Assembly: GCA_032718475.1 (NCBI GenBank) | Contig: JAUCBJ010008107.1 | Location: 1-53,002 of the forward strand | Reading direction: 5' to 3' | DNA from: Nemertoderma westbladi | Taxonomy: Eukaryota; Animalia; Xenacoelomorpha | DNA length: 53,002 nt | Part shown: piece after piece, positions 31,815-43,190 of the stretch | Layout of the letters: every line of letters begins with the position of its first letter | Position numbering within the stretch: position 1 is the first letter of the stretch | The notes under the pieces: generated by a model | The model's database searches: none | Told to the model about the DNA's origin: nothing | Seen by the model: the letters and a program-made list of their open reading frames with translations, nothing else | Made by a program: the position numbers and the translations under genes

Positions 31815-32794
31815 GAGCTTACAAACTCGCCCTGGCTGTACGACGCCTCTTTCTGTAGTTCATTTCATCCATTACATCGCGGTCAAATTTATCATCGCGA
31901 ACCAATTGAACAAGGGCCTTCATGCTATCAATGCCACCTTTCTGAAGGTTGTTGAGGAGAGTCAGAGATGGTAATGGAGATGGATGGACCTCCTCACTAA
32001 GTATCCGGTAGGCTTGTCATGAAGTATAGCGCAACTTCAGAGCGAACCGCATTACGTTGTGAGAGTATGGAGGTTGACCCTTCTTATCGAAGTGCTGATA
32101 ATGGTCAACTTCATCGAACGTACAGTAGTAGAGTTGTTGTTCTGGGCTGTATTTCGAAGATAAACCACCAGGTTATCAAGCTGAGTGGTGTTATTCAATA
32201 TGCAGTGGTGATTGGTTGCCAACCAAAACCATTTCGGAAAAGGAACTGGGCGATGAGTTAGTTTGAGTTTAACTCATAAATCTGGCGATATTCGCATCGC
32301 TCCGCCCAACCGAGGCATATCACCACTCAAATTCAACTCATAGATCAGAACGCGATTGGTTGTTTTGTCAAAGACATAGCCAGGGGGACAGCAATCCACA
32401 GTAATATCATCAAGTGACGAGACTGCAAATTGTCTGTGGAATTGGGACATCTCGTCAGGGTGGTACTCTCGAATTGCGGGTTCACACCGCGGTCGTTTAA
32501 CCTGGGGAGCCATTGAGGATGGAGTCCCAGCAACTGCAATGGTTGGTACGGGAGACATGGACCAATCCAATTTCATGTTTCCAGCTCCAGATGTTGTTAG
32601 GTAATCATCCTCAAAATGGTCGACGCAAACGTAGGAATACTTCATGACTTCGTAGTCCTGGTGGTTAATGAAGGGAACCCATCGCTCCCACAAGTCCGGT
32701 GCTGTCGGAAACTTAAATGACCAGGTTTCCGAACACACCACTATGCACTAGTGTACCCTGCCTTGCAGCCAACGATGCAGCATTTATTCACCAT
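31815..32794 (-). pseudogene. THAP-domain P-element-like transposase pseudogene
   Basis: MVNKCCIVGC, frameshift, then SFKFP...WERW...VCVDHFEDD...SPVPTI (C2CH THAP signature). Across further frameshifts and stops: PVPFPKWF, MRFALKLRYTS*QAYRIL, PLPSLTLLNNLQKGGID, MDEM, LQKEASYSQGEFV. Confidence 0.8.
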
Positions 32795-33213
32795 ACCATA
32801 ATGTTTGAATATGAATAATTAATATATAATTGAATAACGTAAGCAAAGCAGCAATGAGCAGATTAAGGTGAGCAGTAAGGAATACAATATTAGACCAGTA
32901 GCTAAGTATTTTACACTTTAGGCAGCAAAGTATCTTAACTGGCAACTGGTAGTAATTAATACTGTAATAAGGCAGGGTACAATAAAGGAAAAAACAATTA
33001 ATAACAAGTAGATATGTTTTTTTTAATCATAAACAATCAAAAGCAAAAGCCATCCATGTTTATATTCAGAAATTACAGGTATAAATACTACATTAAGTAA
33101 ATAATTAGTACTACTGACTGGTAGTGTAGTGTAGTAGTAAAGTACTGAAAAAACTGGCCTCTTTTAAAACAGGCCTATGCGCAAGCATGTTAGGCTGTAT
33201 ATAGTAGGCCATG
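31815..33213 (-). mobile_element. Decayed, 3'-truncated P-element-superfamily (THAP9-like) DNA transposon
   Basis: THAP plus P-type transposase remnants, and a candidate 5' terminus CATGGCCTACTATATACAG at 33213. The second TIR was not found. Confidence 0.7.
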
Positions 33214-33969
33214 GGTCTCCTGCCTGGACTGTGCTGTCCTAATTTGAGCGCCATCTCGTGGTGTTTTGCCATCATTGCATTACCTCTCACAACTAATCAG
33301 CAGACAGTATTTGGTATTAAATTACTTTTAGGGTCGAAAATGGGGCCAAATTATCGGAATTTATTAATTAAAAATGTAAAGTGTGACTTCTAATAATACC
33401 AATCTCACTGGAAAGCGAGATTTTATTTAAAGTTTTATAATTTCGATATTTTCGCTATTAATTTCGTATTTTTCGTTATTTTCGGGTTTTATAACTATCC
33501 GACAAGAACGCCCATCATGTGCAACACGTCCAAAATTAAGTTGCATTTTTTGGAGGTTTTAGTGCATGTAGTAGAGTACATGGTCTTGCTCGTGTGGGTG
33601 GACCACCGAACAGTTGCAAATGTTAGACTAAAGAAGACAATTGTTTAAATTTTATTTTTTAATTGGTAATCCGATACTCACATTGCACATATAGAGTAAG
33701 ATATACAGTATATTGTATAATTGCAATATTAAAAGTTATGTTACAATAATACTTTGGACAATGGCGTGGCTAGTATTATAGCCCAGTGTATTGTCTGGAA
33801 GAGCCGGGCAGGTAGTGGTGGTGGTGTCCAGTGCGTGCAAAGGGAGAGGGGGGGGGGGGGGGGGGGGGATATTAGGCTACTATTATGCGGATAGTGAGAG
33901 ATTGTTAATGTTTCTGTTGATATGCAAATAATTAATCATCCTAAAGTAAGTAAAAGCGCATTCATTAAT

Positions 33970-34235
33970 GTCGCAGTGTCCGAGTGGATATGGCGCCTGA
34001 ACTGCTTACACAATAGTGTTTGGTGGCACAGGTTCGAATCCGACTAAAGGCTGTAGAAATTTCGCACTGTTGTGTCCCTAGGCAAGACACTTTAGACATT
34101 AGTGCCTACGTCAACCCAGCGGTATAATGGGAACCTGGCTTTGCTGGGGTAATGATAATAAAAGCGCTTTGAGTATGCTGAGCGTAGAAAAGCGCTATAT
34201 AAATAACCAATATTATTATTATTATTATTATTATT
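33970..34235 (+). mobile_element. tRNA-derived SINE with CORE-like domain and L2-like 3' tail
   Basis: A-box TGTCCGAGTGG and B-box GGTTCGAATCC. Central GTGTCCCTAGGCAAGACACTT...CCCAGCGGTATAATGGG is CORE-like. Tail AAAGCGCTTTGAG...GAAAAGCGCTATATAAAT followed by (ATT)n. Confidence 0.85.
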
Positions 34236-34273
34236 CAATTGTTTCACTTTAGTTCCGATGCTGATCCAGGTAT

Positions 34274-35490
34274 TGTTCGCGCTTTCAGACCTTTGGCAGT
34301 TTAACCCGCCAAATTAGGATGTCTTCTAGATAATAAATCGCTTTTAGCCTCTGACAAGTATTTGATTCACTACACTAGTTGAAACCAATCTGTGCGCGAT
34401 CATTCACCCGCTGGATATACCCGGGAGATTGACTTCGACGGCTTAATCTTATTGCTATGTAAGCCTAATGTATTATTCGACTGACAGTATTATATAATCT
34501 CTGACAATATTATTCACCTTCGGGGAATATTAACAGTTCCTTTTGGACGTGGCGCTCTATCTATATAAACAGAGCTATGACTTAAACTACATGCAACGAT
34601 ATGGCTTAGTTACAATTCACATATATGGCGCATTCTTTAGGAAATGCTTCGTTATCAGTCTCACTCATACACAATGCTGCACAATACTGCACACTGATCT
34701 GCCGATCTTCACTGATTTTAGTCACATATAAAAGGAACACAGACCGACTCATGTAGGGTCTATCAGATAACATTAGATTCACTTCAAACCACTTTAACAT
34801 AAGTCACAATCGTTATATGTAACCTGTCTCTCTTACCTTCGGTATATCAAGAATATTGGGTTTTCGGGGTTATTTCTCGTTATTCCAAATATAATATTTC
34901 ATCAACCATATAATGAATAACCGACAGTAAATAGCAGTATAACGTTATAAAAGTATGCACGACAAGACCAGCCAAGCATTGAGTAAGTTGTTAACCATTG
35001 AGTTACCCAGTGTGATAACGGATATATGTCCTTATAATTAAGCCTACTAGTGTTAGGCTAAAAGCAGAAAAGCACAAATATTCCAAAAGCCGTTCTTTCT
35101 TGGCTCAGGACTGAATGATAACACTGCCCATAAAGCATTGCGTGATTTCTAGGAAATTTCTGTACAAGAACAGTAAAAACGCTCTGATTGGTTGACTGAA
35201 CTGAGAGGCACCGTAGAACAAAGAAAATCGACACGTATACAGCTCAGCTGTTAACCGTCGTCATAGTAACTACTGTTTCAAGAGGATCTAGCTATTTTGC
35301 GTCATAGAATTGCCATAGAATCACCAACCATGTCCCCCAAAGTACACATACGGAAGAAATAGCTCTTAGGTCCTCTAAAAAACACCGATACAGCAATAAT
35401 ACGGCCTCTTACGCCTACTAAACCAACTACAGAGTATTTTACGGGAAAAATAAGGAAAAATAACCGGGCAATTCCGCAAAAGCTTTTACA
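34274..35490 (-). repeat. 3' LTR of element B
   Basis: Direct repeat of 45395-46611. Only two substitutions noticed by eye (ACACGTAT/ACATGTAT; CATACGG/CATAGGG). Confidence 0.97.
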
Positions 35491-35568
35491 CCGCTCCCAG
35501 AAAATGGGATTTTCAGTCTATAAAATAGAAAAATCACAGTTTCTAAAACATAAAGATACTCTAAACAG

Positions 35569-37076
35569 TTAGTTTTTCTTGCGCGGACGGCGTTCACGCA
35601 GTTTCCCGAGGCCAGCAAGAGTCCTTTTCTCTTTGGGGCGAGCCACTTTACTAGAAAGGCTATAACTCCTGGGTAAAGGGTGCAATACAATTGCATTAGA
35701 AGGTTTGGGTTTACGGTCGGTGTCTCGTCCATTTCGATATGCTTCTCCTCGAGCTGATTTTCCTCCGCTTGTCATGGGATACGTTCGTCCAAAACTCTCG
35801 CAGAGAATAGGGTTTTCTAAGCTTGATATCTTCTTAGAGATTCGAGATTTCCCAATCGAACTGAGATAAGGCCAATTCGTTTATCGATTGGACTTACTGT
35901 TATAACTTACGTTTATCTGAACAAACGCAGGTTTCTTTTTTGATCTTTATAGAATAGCGTTTAACTCGTTTCGTACAACGCTCTCCTTCACCTTGATGAA
36001 GGGTTGTATCGCGTTAAACGGGGACGACCATACGGTTGGATAGTGATATTAGGTGTCCGCGTCACAATCCGGCTAGGTAAGATGGGCGGCTAGCTAGAAA
36101 TCACTGTCGGAGTGTTACCGATTAATTGTTAGGGTAGCACTAGATCTTTGAACAGTGAATACAGTCCGCGAGGATCCTCGACACCACCAGGATCGCAGGT
36201 CTGAGGTCCAACTAAGGAATGAGGAGGTTTGACCGAGTATTCCGGGACTCTGATCGTAGGTTTACTCCAGGATCGTTCGAGCCGAGTGAGCATAGGTGAT
36301 ACGTCAAACAAGTTTCGCTCGAAACTCCAGTAAATATAACGAGCACAACTGTGTTTAACACAACGTTTCCGTGGATGTTTATGTCTTTCCGTTTATTGGC
36401 TGGGTCTAGGGCATTTATCGTAATAATACCAAAGACGCACGTCTTGAAGGGGAAACGCGGGTGATCGCTCTCCAGTTTTATCTTGTATAAAATATTCCTC
36501 CATCTGTTCGAAGCTATCTGGAACGACAGGTAGCGGTCGATCGGCGGTAAGATACATCATCGTAAAATAGAGCCGTTTGAGTTCCATCATAGGGTCTGGA
36601 TGTATACCTTGAGGATATCGAGTTTCGAGGTTTTGTTGACTGGCAATATTGAGATAGGTCTCTCTTAGGAATTCTAGATAATCGTTGAAGTCGCGACGTT
36701 TATCAGGTTCTTCAACGTCTTCCCTCTCGAGTCTGTTTCGAATAGAGTTCTCGTGTTCTATTCTCGATTTATCGTTTCGACTCCGCTGGGTATGATATTT
36801 AAATAAAACCATTTCCCTTTCGGTGTCTATATCGTCGGTGTCGTGTAAATCAATAGGATGACCAGTAGTCAAGAAGTCCATATACGTACCATTACAATGC
36901 GTATAGCGAGCGGTGAATTTTCCATAGTCCAATTCACGCGTAAGTTACTTCCAGGAAATCGTAGGTTCGATATAACGACCATCATCCTCCGTAGTAGTTG
37001 GACTAGTATCACCGCGTATCAAGCTATCAACAAACGCTTGAAAGTAGAGTATATCGCTCCCTGATACCAAGACCAT
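35569..37076 (-). pseudogene. Interrupted accessory 3' ORF of element B (unknown product, not env-like)
   Basis: One frame runs from ATG 37076 through TAA 36945, ORF 36393-36932, TAA, and ORF 36129-36311. After a frame change it reaches ORF 35569-35775, whose C-terminus matches element A ORF 101-805. Confidence 0.55.
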
Positions 37077-38741
37077 CTTCTATCAACTCCGTCATATCTG
37101 CTATATATGAGTTTATTAATATTATAATGAGTTTATATATATTAGGCTAGCGGGCGTCGCTGCCTACCCCAATCAGCCCCCGGACAGTGCGAGATCCTCA
37201 GCGCCGATGTGTCGTCGCCACTGTACTTTCGCCAACGACGTAGCCGCACAACGACAACGACAACCGGCACAAGTCACTCGACTGTCCGTCCCAAAGGCTT
37301 AGATACACCTCAGGTTCTTACTGGAGAGTTAGGTTTACTTTCACAATTGCGACTCGCTACTGTAAACACACCTTAGTAGTAACATTCGCCTATAAACTCA
37401 CAAATACCACACACACAACTTGTCACAAATTACACACACTCGGGTCACTTGTCCGTTAGTCAGTGCCTCCCAGAATGTCACGTTATTATCATGTATCTTT
37501 GGATACTAGCAGTGCGCTATTTATTCCCTATGCTATTCAATGGGACAAGCTTTCTATTGTTCTTTTAACTCAATTCTAATTCTAGCGTGGTTGTTGCTAT
37601 GGTGACATTATGCAAAGCTAGCGGTAGAATTAGGGTAATTCCAATGCATACAGATCTGGGATGTTATTTAATAGTAATTCTTTAATGGTCAATGTCCTGT
37701 TTTATACATGGCTTTATGAATTTTATCGGCTATTGACTATGTTTGGGAGACTTTCGCACACTCATACGCATAAGAAGATAAATCTCCGCTCCCTTGATCT
37801 ATTAATTAATGGAATTTTGGGAATGTTATAAATTGCGTAAAAATGGCAATTTATTAAATTCATTAAAAGGCATGAATTTAAATTTATTCCCTGAAATTTT
37901 ATTATTTGATAATTAAATTGACATGTTTTGATTCTAGAACATGTCTGGGGACACAAGATCCTTAATTCTATGAAAATTGTCTTTTTAAGAATATCGGTAA
38001 ATGCTACGATGTCTTAATTGACTAGAATTGTTGAAGGATCTGAATTTTACAGATTTTGATTTATTAGATTTGCAAATATTAAATAATTAATATTTGAGAT
38101 GGGCACCAATTTATTCCAGAACTTGTCTGGGGACGTTAACCACTGATTCTAGAATTTGTCTTTCAAGTATATCGGTGGGTGCCACGATATCTTAATCGAC
38201 TAGAATTACAGATGGTCAAAAGGTTTAACAGATTTATTTGCGTTTCACGCTACTGTTAGAGGGACATCACGCTACTATATGTATTATTTAATATACGGTA
38301 TGAGAGCAATATCGCACGAAGCAATGTCAGTGTGAAGAGGCAAGTCGTTTCCAAGGTCTACCCAGAGCTTGGTTTAGCCGAGACACGAGGATCTGAACTT
38401 TGCATTCCTAATACTCTGCCTACCAATAATACTTAAATATAGTAGTGGCTTTATTGTACTTTAATAAGTACGGACATTTCATCTTACTGTAGTTACGTAT
38501 TTATAATATAACACGGACAGTAAGGAAAGAGAAAAATACTTGTTTCTCACCGTCACACTAAATATAATATAAGTAATTAAGTACGCAATAAACACGAATA
38601 TATTGCACTATTCTACTAAATAATCGCTAAATAATATTCTACTAAATTAAATAAAACGATTATAATAAAATTACATAGTAATACATACAGAAATATAAAA
38701 TAATATAAAATAATAGAGTCACACACCCACTCCATATGTTG

Positions 38742-39455
38742 TTACGTTATGGAGTCCCTAGATGTTTGAAGGATTAGGGAGGTGGTCGTGGGAAGAGAAT
38801 CTTGCCTTCCACAGTTTCCGGAGAGTCCTACATTCCCTTCCGGTAAACACAAACGACCGACTGGGTGATTGAGTCGCTGCATCCCGAATACAATTCCAGG
38901 TTTCCTCTTCGTCCTGGAATAGTGACGATAGAAACATCGCTCTAGGTACGCGACGGCCTTACAAAGCCGATTCCAGGAGCTATAGTGGTCCGTCGCTCCC
39001 TGCAGGAGAGGTGAGAGTCCCTGCGAGACGTCTGATGTTCCAGAGCTCCAATCGCTCTCTCTGATCTTCATGAAGGATCCACTCGCGGTGGGGAGGTCCA
39101 GATCCACGGCGTCGTCCCTGGCAATATGTAATACCGACAGATCTATCCCGGGTTCAAATAACTCCGATCCACCCGTCCGGGTTTTAGGTTTGACTTTCTC
39201 CGCTCCCTTGGCTGGTCTAATCTCAGTCGGAGTAAGATGGGGAGGCCATTCATCCTCCTTACTCAGGAAGTCGGGTTCACCTAACCGGTCTGTAGTATCT
39301 GTCAGTTCTTGAGGAGTTGCTCCTCTGGAAGCGATGTCAGTTGGATTAAACTTCTTGGGGCAATATCTCCATTGATCTACATTGGAGCTAATATCGTCAT
39401 TATCTGAGGAGTATGGTGTTCCCTCAGTTGGGTCGTCTCCCTCACTAGTATCATC
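38742..39455 (-). pseudogene. Pol remnant: C-terminal end of Pao RNase H and linker
   Basis: In frame after the Gag-PR TAA: QWRYCPKKFNPTDIASRG, GEPDFLSKEDEWP and YSSWNRLCKAVAYL match the BEL/Pao W..V....NPAD.ASRG, GP.FL.....WP and SSW.RL.R..A motifs. Confidence 0.8.
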
Positions 39456-42400
39456 TTACCATTCACTCACCTGGCAGACGCGATCTTGAAGCAGTCTTTC
39501 TCTGAGCGTTCTTCGGGAAGGTCCAGTAAGGTACCAACCTACTCTAGTTCTTACCGCATAGGTCTGAAGTGGTTGCGGTTGAGCAGGTCGCTTCTCCAAT
39601 GTCTCCAGCGCCTCATGCGCGTTTTGACCGATTAATATTTGTACTCCAGGATAATCGGTGTCGAATCTAGGAATGTTAAGTTGTTGGGCATGATCATCTT
39701 CGTCCCAATTATAAGGTTCCACTTGGGTGGTAGCGAAGTTCTTTATTGCCACCATTTTGACTGACCTTATACTGTGTTCTCCTAGTTCATCCTGGGGGGT
39801 GGACAACGCACCTACATAATAATCTGCGATTACTGTAGATTTCCAAACCTGCATAATTCCTGACATGTTTAGCTTAGTTCGGAACTTGGGTTGTCCAGCA
39901 AAGATGTCTTCGGCTAGTTCTTTGTCGATGAATGTTCCTGTGCTACCGGAGTCAAGGAGGGCGTTCACTACATAACTCCTTTTAGGTCCATGGACCCTTA
40001 CCTGTACTACAGGAAATTCTCGGATTCCTACATTGGAAGGTGGCGCTTTCCAGTATGGTTGTCGATCAGAAGTAGTTAGAGTGAGGTCACTTTCTGTATC
40101 TTTTTCATAAGTGAGTGCTCGATACACTGCGGTATTTATCATGTAACAGGATTCGTTTTCGTCGGAGAACTCGTCCGTATAGAATCCTTCCATCTCAGAT
40201 TGATCAGTGTCGTTCACATCACTGAATTGGACATGTAGTTCGGAATCACTCACCTGACTCGGACTATTTCGCTCGAATTCAGTGTGCAACAAGATATGAT
40301 GTTTCGCACCGCACTTTGCACACCTTGCGTCGGAGTAACAGGTTCGCCGTTGGTGTCCTCGTCTGAGGCAATTATAACACATCCGCTTATCCCACATGAC
40401 TTCACGTCTGTCCTTTAGAGATTTCCTCAGGAATTCATCACACGCACTTAAACGGTGGGGCCCATCGCACAGCACACATTTGGGCTTGATGTTACTTACT
40501 TTAACATGTGCTGTGTGGTGCACGTTCGTTCTTTCCTCGGGCTTTCTCACCTGAATTCTCTTGGGAGATGTAGGAGGAGTTTTTCTTACCTGTTCTCTCC
40601 TGTCATTGGTTCGAGACTTGAATTTACTTACCTGGTCTTTAGGCGTTTTATTGACATAATAAGATCTTTCAGTATCTTTCCCGCTATCCTCTCCTTGAGA
40701 AGTCTGGCTTTCGCCGTCGTCTGTATAACACACTGGTGTTACCCTTCTCCTAGAAACGGGTTTCTCACTTACCTTGTTTTCCAGTGTCTTCTCTCTGGAC
40801 TGCCTTAGGAGCTGTAATTTCACTTCTCCATCTAAGAATGACATGAGATCAGCCATGGTAGGGTCTCGTCGTTGTTGTTCCATCATATATAACACTTTCT
40901 TGTCCCAGCATGTACCTACTCCACCCTTGGGCAAAGTAGATGCTAAGGCTCCTACAACCATAGAATTCTGGTATTCATGAGACTTACCTAGCCAATCTAA
41001 TTGTCTACAGATCTCCTGAATCTCATCGGAAAACTCTATAATCCCGCTGCTAAGAAACTTTCGGGGCGCCATTAATTTTGCATACAAATACCTAGCTATG
41101 TTATTCCTATTACCATACCTGATGTTTAGTGTATCCCAAACTTGTCTTAATCCGTCTGGATGTCCAATAAATTTTAACGCCATTAACTTGGGAGATCCTT
41201 CCAAGCACTCGATGAGGAATCTAAGTTTCTCTCCATTAGATAGTACAGAGTTCTGTATGTTATCTTTGTAATATTCATTAAAAGGTAACCATTTCATCTC
41301 ATCTCCATTGAACTTGACGATCTCTCCCACCTTTACCGCTTGACGGGCTTCGGTTCTAGCCATTTGACGCGTAAAACTTTCTTGGGCCATCGTGTTATTT
41401 AATATCGAGTTATCGGTATATAAATTTCTCGGATTATTATCAAGTCTATATGGGATATCATTGTCAACAGGTTTATAATTACCCTTAATAGGGTTTACTA
41501 TAGGGGTTTCCACTTCACTAGCAGTATAGATGCGTGTAGGCTCCACACCTTGCGCATGAAATACTTCAGACCTAACAGGTTGACACATTGTTACAGGGGG
41601 TGGTGGTATACCCTTTTGTAAATTTACTAATTTATCACGTTCTAACGCGATATTTTGCTGTACTTCTTGCAACTCTAACCTACTTTCCTTTACGGTTCCC
41701 TTTAACTGTTGAACAGTCCCTTCTAACTCTCGGACCTGTTGGGAGGAGCGTACTCGATTCTCCTCCATCTTTTCGAGGAGAATGTCCATCCCCCGCCGTC
41801 TCTCGTCCACCCAATCAACCGCCGAAACGGGATCCGCCAACGTTGTAGCGGGCGGACGAGGGACAACGGGCGACAAATCATGAATATTTCGCTCGGAGTC
41901 CAGGGCATGAACTGTCTCATGGGCTGTTCTGCTGGGCACAGGTAGCTTAGTGCTGTGCAACGGGAATTGAGAGGTAGGTTCAGGGAGTACAGGTGTCTCT
42001 ACGACCGAAAGGGTGGCTTCGGGAACAGGCCTAACTATTTCAGGCTCATCTACTATAGTAGGGAGTCTCTCTATTGTAATTATTTGGTCTGTGGGTTCTG
42101 TACTACCTAAGTTGGTGTTATTTAGTTGCCTTTTAACAGCTGGAGGCAAATCAGGCAATTTCTGACGGTGGAATGTTCTTTTACGTCTGCTTAGATTAGA
42201 TCTATTTCCTTTGCCTTCAGTATCGGTGGTATCGCCTTCCTCAGATGATGTATAACCTTGTCTTTTGGGAGTAGATCGATTCATCATCTGCATATTACTA
42301 GCTGTTAACTGTTTATTAAAGTTGTCTTGTCTCTCTTGAAGATTTTCCAACTCTAGTTGGGTTGTCTCTTCAGATGCCCTCCGTTCTGCTTCTGCCACCG

Positions 42401-42761
42401 CTATCTTTCTTTCCGCTTCGGCCGCCTTTCTTTCGGCTTCTACTGCTGCAGCTGCCGCTTTTGCCTCTGCCGCTGCCGCTTTTGCCTCTGCCGCTGCCTC
42501 TGCCGCTTTCTTTCTATCTTCTATACGTTTTTTCTTTACTTGTTCTTCTTGAACCTTAGCGATGCGGATGCTTTCATTGAATTTAGCTTGGTTCGCAGCT
42601 AACCTATCCACATCGATTGCGTCCAACACAAGCTTGGTTCCTTCACTATTAGGGCTAAGCCCCTCCAGCCTTCTCCTCAACTCTTCATCTCCTACAAAGC
42701 GTTGATAGTCTGACAGATAGATGTCAATAGCATCCCTCTTATGCGGTTTCTCTGCTGTCAC
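39456..42761 (-). CDS. BEL/Pao Gag-aspartic protease polyprotein
   Basis: Capsid-like FNGDEMKWLPF...LSNGEKLRFLIECLEG...WDTLNIRYG (DUF1759-type). Triple Cys/His cluster CVLCDGPHRLSAC, CYNCLRRGHQRRTC, CAKCGAKHHILLH. Protease ALLDSGS and ILIG...RTRVGW. Confidence 0.9.
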   Translation of the reverse strand: MTAEKPHKRDAIDIYLSDYQRFVGDEELRRRLEGLSPNSEGTKLVLDAIDVDRLAANQAKFNESIRIAKVQEEQVKKKRIEDRKKAAEAAAEAKAAAAEAKAAAAAVEAERKAAEAERKIAVAEAERRASEETTQLELENLQERQDNFNKQLTASNMQMMNRSTPKRQGYTSSEEGDTTDTEGKGNRSNLSRRKRTFHRQKLPDLPPAVKRQLNNTNLGSTEPTDQIITIERLPTIVDEPEIVRPVPEATLSVVETPVLPEPTSQFPLHSTKLPVPSRTAHETVHALDSERNIHDLSPVVPRPPATTLADPVSAVDWVDERRRGMDILLEKMEENRVRSSQQVRELEGTVQQLKGTVKESRLELQEVQQNIALERDKLVNLQKGIPPPPVTMCQPVRSEVFHAQGVEPTRIYTASEVETPIVNPIKGNYKPVDNDIPYRLDNNPRNLYTDNSILNNTMAQESFTRQMARTEARQAVKVGEIVKFNGDEMKWLPFNEYYKDNIQNSVLSNGEKLRFLIECLEGSPKLMALKFIGHPDGLRQVWDTLNIRYGNRNNIARYLYAKLMAPRKFLSSGIIEFSDEIQEICRQLDWLGKSHEYQNSMVVGALASTLPKGGVGTCWDKKVLYMMEQQRRDPTMADLMSFLDGEVKLQLLRQSREKTLENKVSEKPVSRRRVTPVCYTDDGESQTSQGEDSGKDTERSYYVNKTPKDQVSKFKSRTNDRREQVRKTPPTSPKRIQVRKPEERTNVHHTAHVKVSNIKPKCVLCDGPHRLSACDEFLRKSLKDRREVMWDKRMCYNCLRRGHQRRTCYSDARCAKCGAKHHILLHTEFERNSPSQVSDSELHVQFSDVNDTDQSEMEGFYTDEFSDENESCYMINTAVYRALTYEKDTESDLTLTTSDRQPYWKAPPSNVGIREFPVVQVRVHGPKRSYVVNALLDSGSTGTFIDKELAEDIFAGQPKFRTKLNMSGIMQVWKSTVIADYYVGALSTPQDELGEHSIRSVKMVAIKNFATTQVEPYNWDEDDHAQQLNIPRFDTDYPGVQILIGQNAHEALETLEKRPAQPQPLQTYAVRTRVGWYLTGPSRRTLRERLLQDRVCQVSEW

Positions 42762-42767
42762 TTCGCT

Positions 42768-43190
42768 TTATTCTTGAGAAGAAGTGGCGTCGGTTGATTC
42801 TTCATAGGTTGGCCGCTCATCATAAACCTTATCCGCCATCTTCGCTCCGCGTTCGGGCGTCCGCTCAACAGTATCCGAACTACTGGAGCTATCAGGCCGT
42901 TGAGAAGTAAGTTCTTGGCTCGCGGGTTGTTGCGGTTCCGCTGCTTCTTGGTCCCGCTTGACCTGAGCTCGAGTGCCTATGATAGACCTACGATGTTGGA
43001 CTAGCCTAGGGTCTGATACTACTACTTGAGGGATGATCTTTCGCACAGTAGGAGGGGACTTAGACTTTGGTCTGGGATGTTCCATACTTTGATCTTGGTC
43101 ACAGATCCTTTTAAGACGCTGTCTAAGTCTAATACTCATTCTAACACCCTCTAAGAGACTATCTGACAATGTTTGTTGTGAGTCAGACAT
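42768..43190 (-). CDS. N-terminal Gag segment separated from the main ORF by one in-frame TAA
   Basis: ATG at 43190. The stop at 42768-42770 is followed by two codons and then the 1101-aa ORF in the same frame; that ORF is called from a GTG, not an ATG. Confidence 0.65.
   Translation of the reverse strand: MSDSQQTLSDSLLEGVRMSIRLRQRLKRICDQDQSMEHPRPKSKSPPTVRKIIPQVVVSDPRLVQHRRSIIGTRAQVKRDQEAAEPQQPASQELTSQRPDSSSSSDTVERTPERGAKMADKVYDERPTYEESTDATSSQE

Noticed and set aside
33970-34050. Functional tRNA gene
   Set aside because: A and B boxes are present but there is no convincing cloverleaf or acceptor stem, and the sequence continues into a SINE body and (ATT)n tail.
34543-34800. Short ORFs duplicated at 34543-34800 and 45664-45921
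   Set aside because: They lie inside the two LTR copies, and the duplication reflects LTR identity only.
35569-36932. env gene in the 3' region of element B
   Set aside because: No signal peptide or transmembrane segment is visible, and the C-terminus is basic and hydrophilic.
39070-42602. Plus-strand ORFs overlapping gag-pol (e.g. the Cys/Arg-rich 42357-42602)
   Set aside because: They are antisense shadows of the Gag frame, including its low-complexity AEAKAAAA stretch.
38742-43190. Alternative genetic code (TAA reassigned) for the retroelement or host
   Set aside because: An 1101-codon stretch rich in Gln/Glu contains no TAA, and the host gene models read normally in the standard code.
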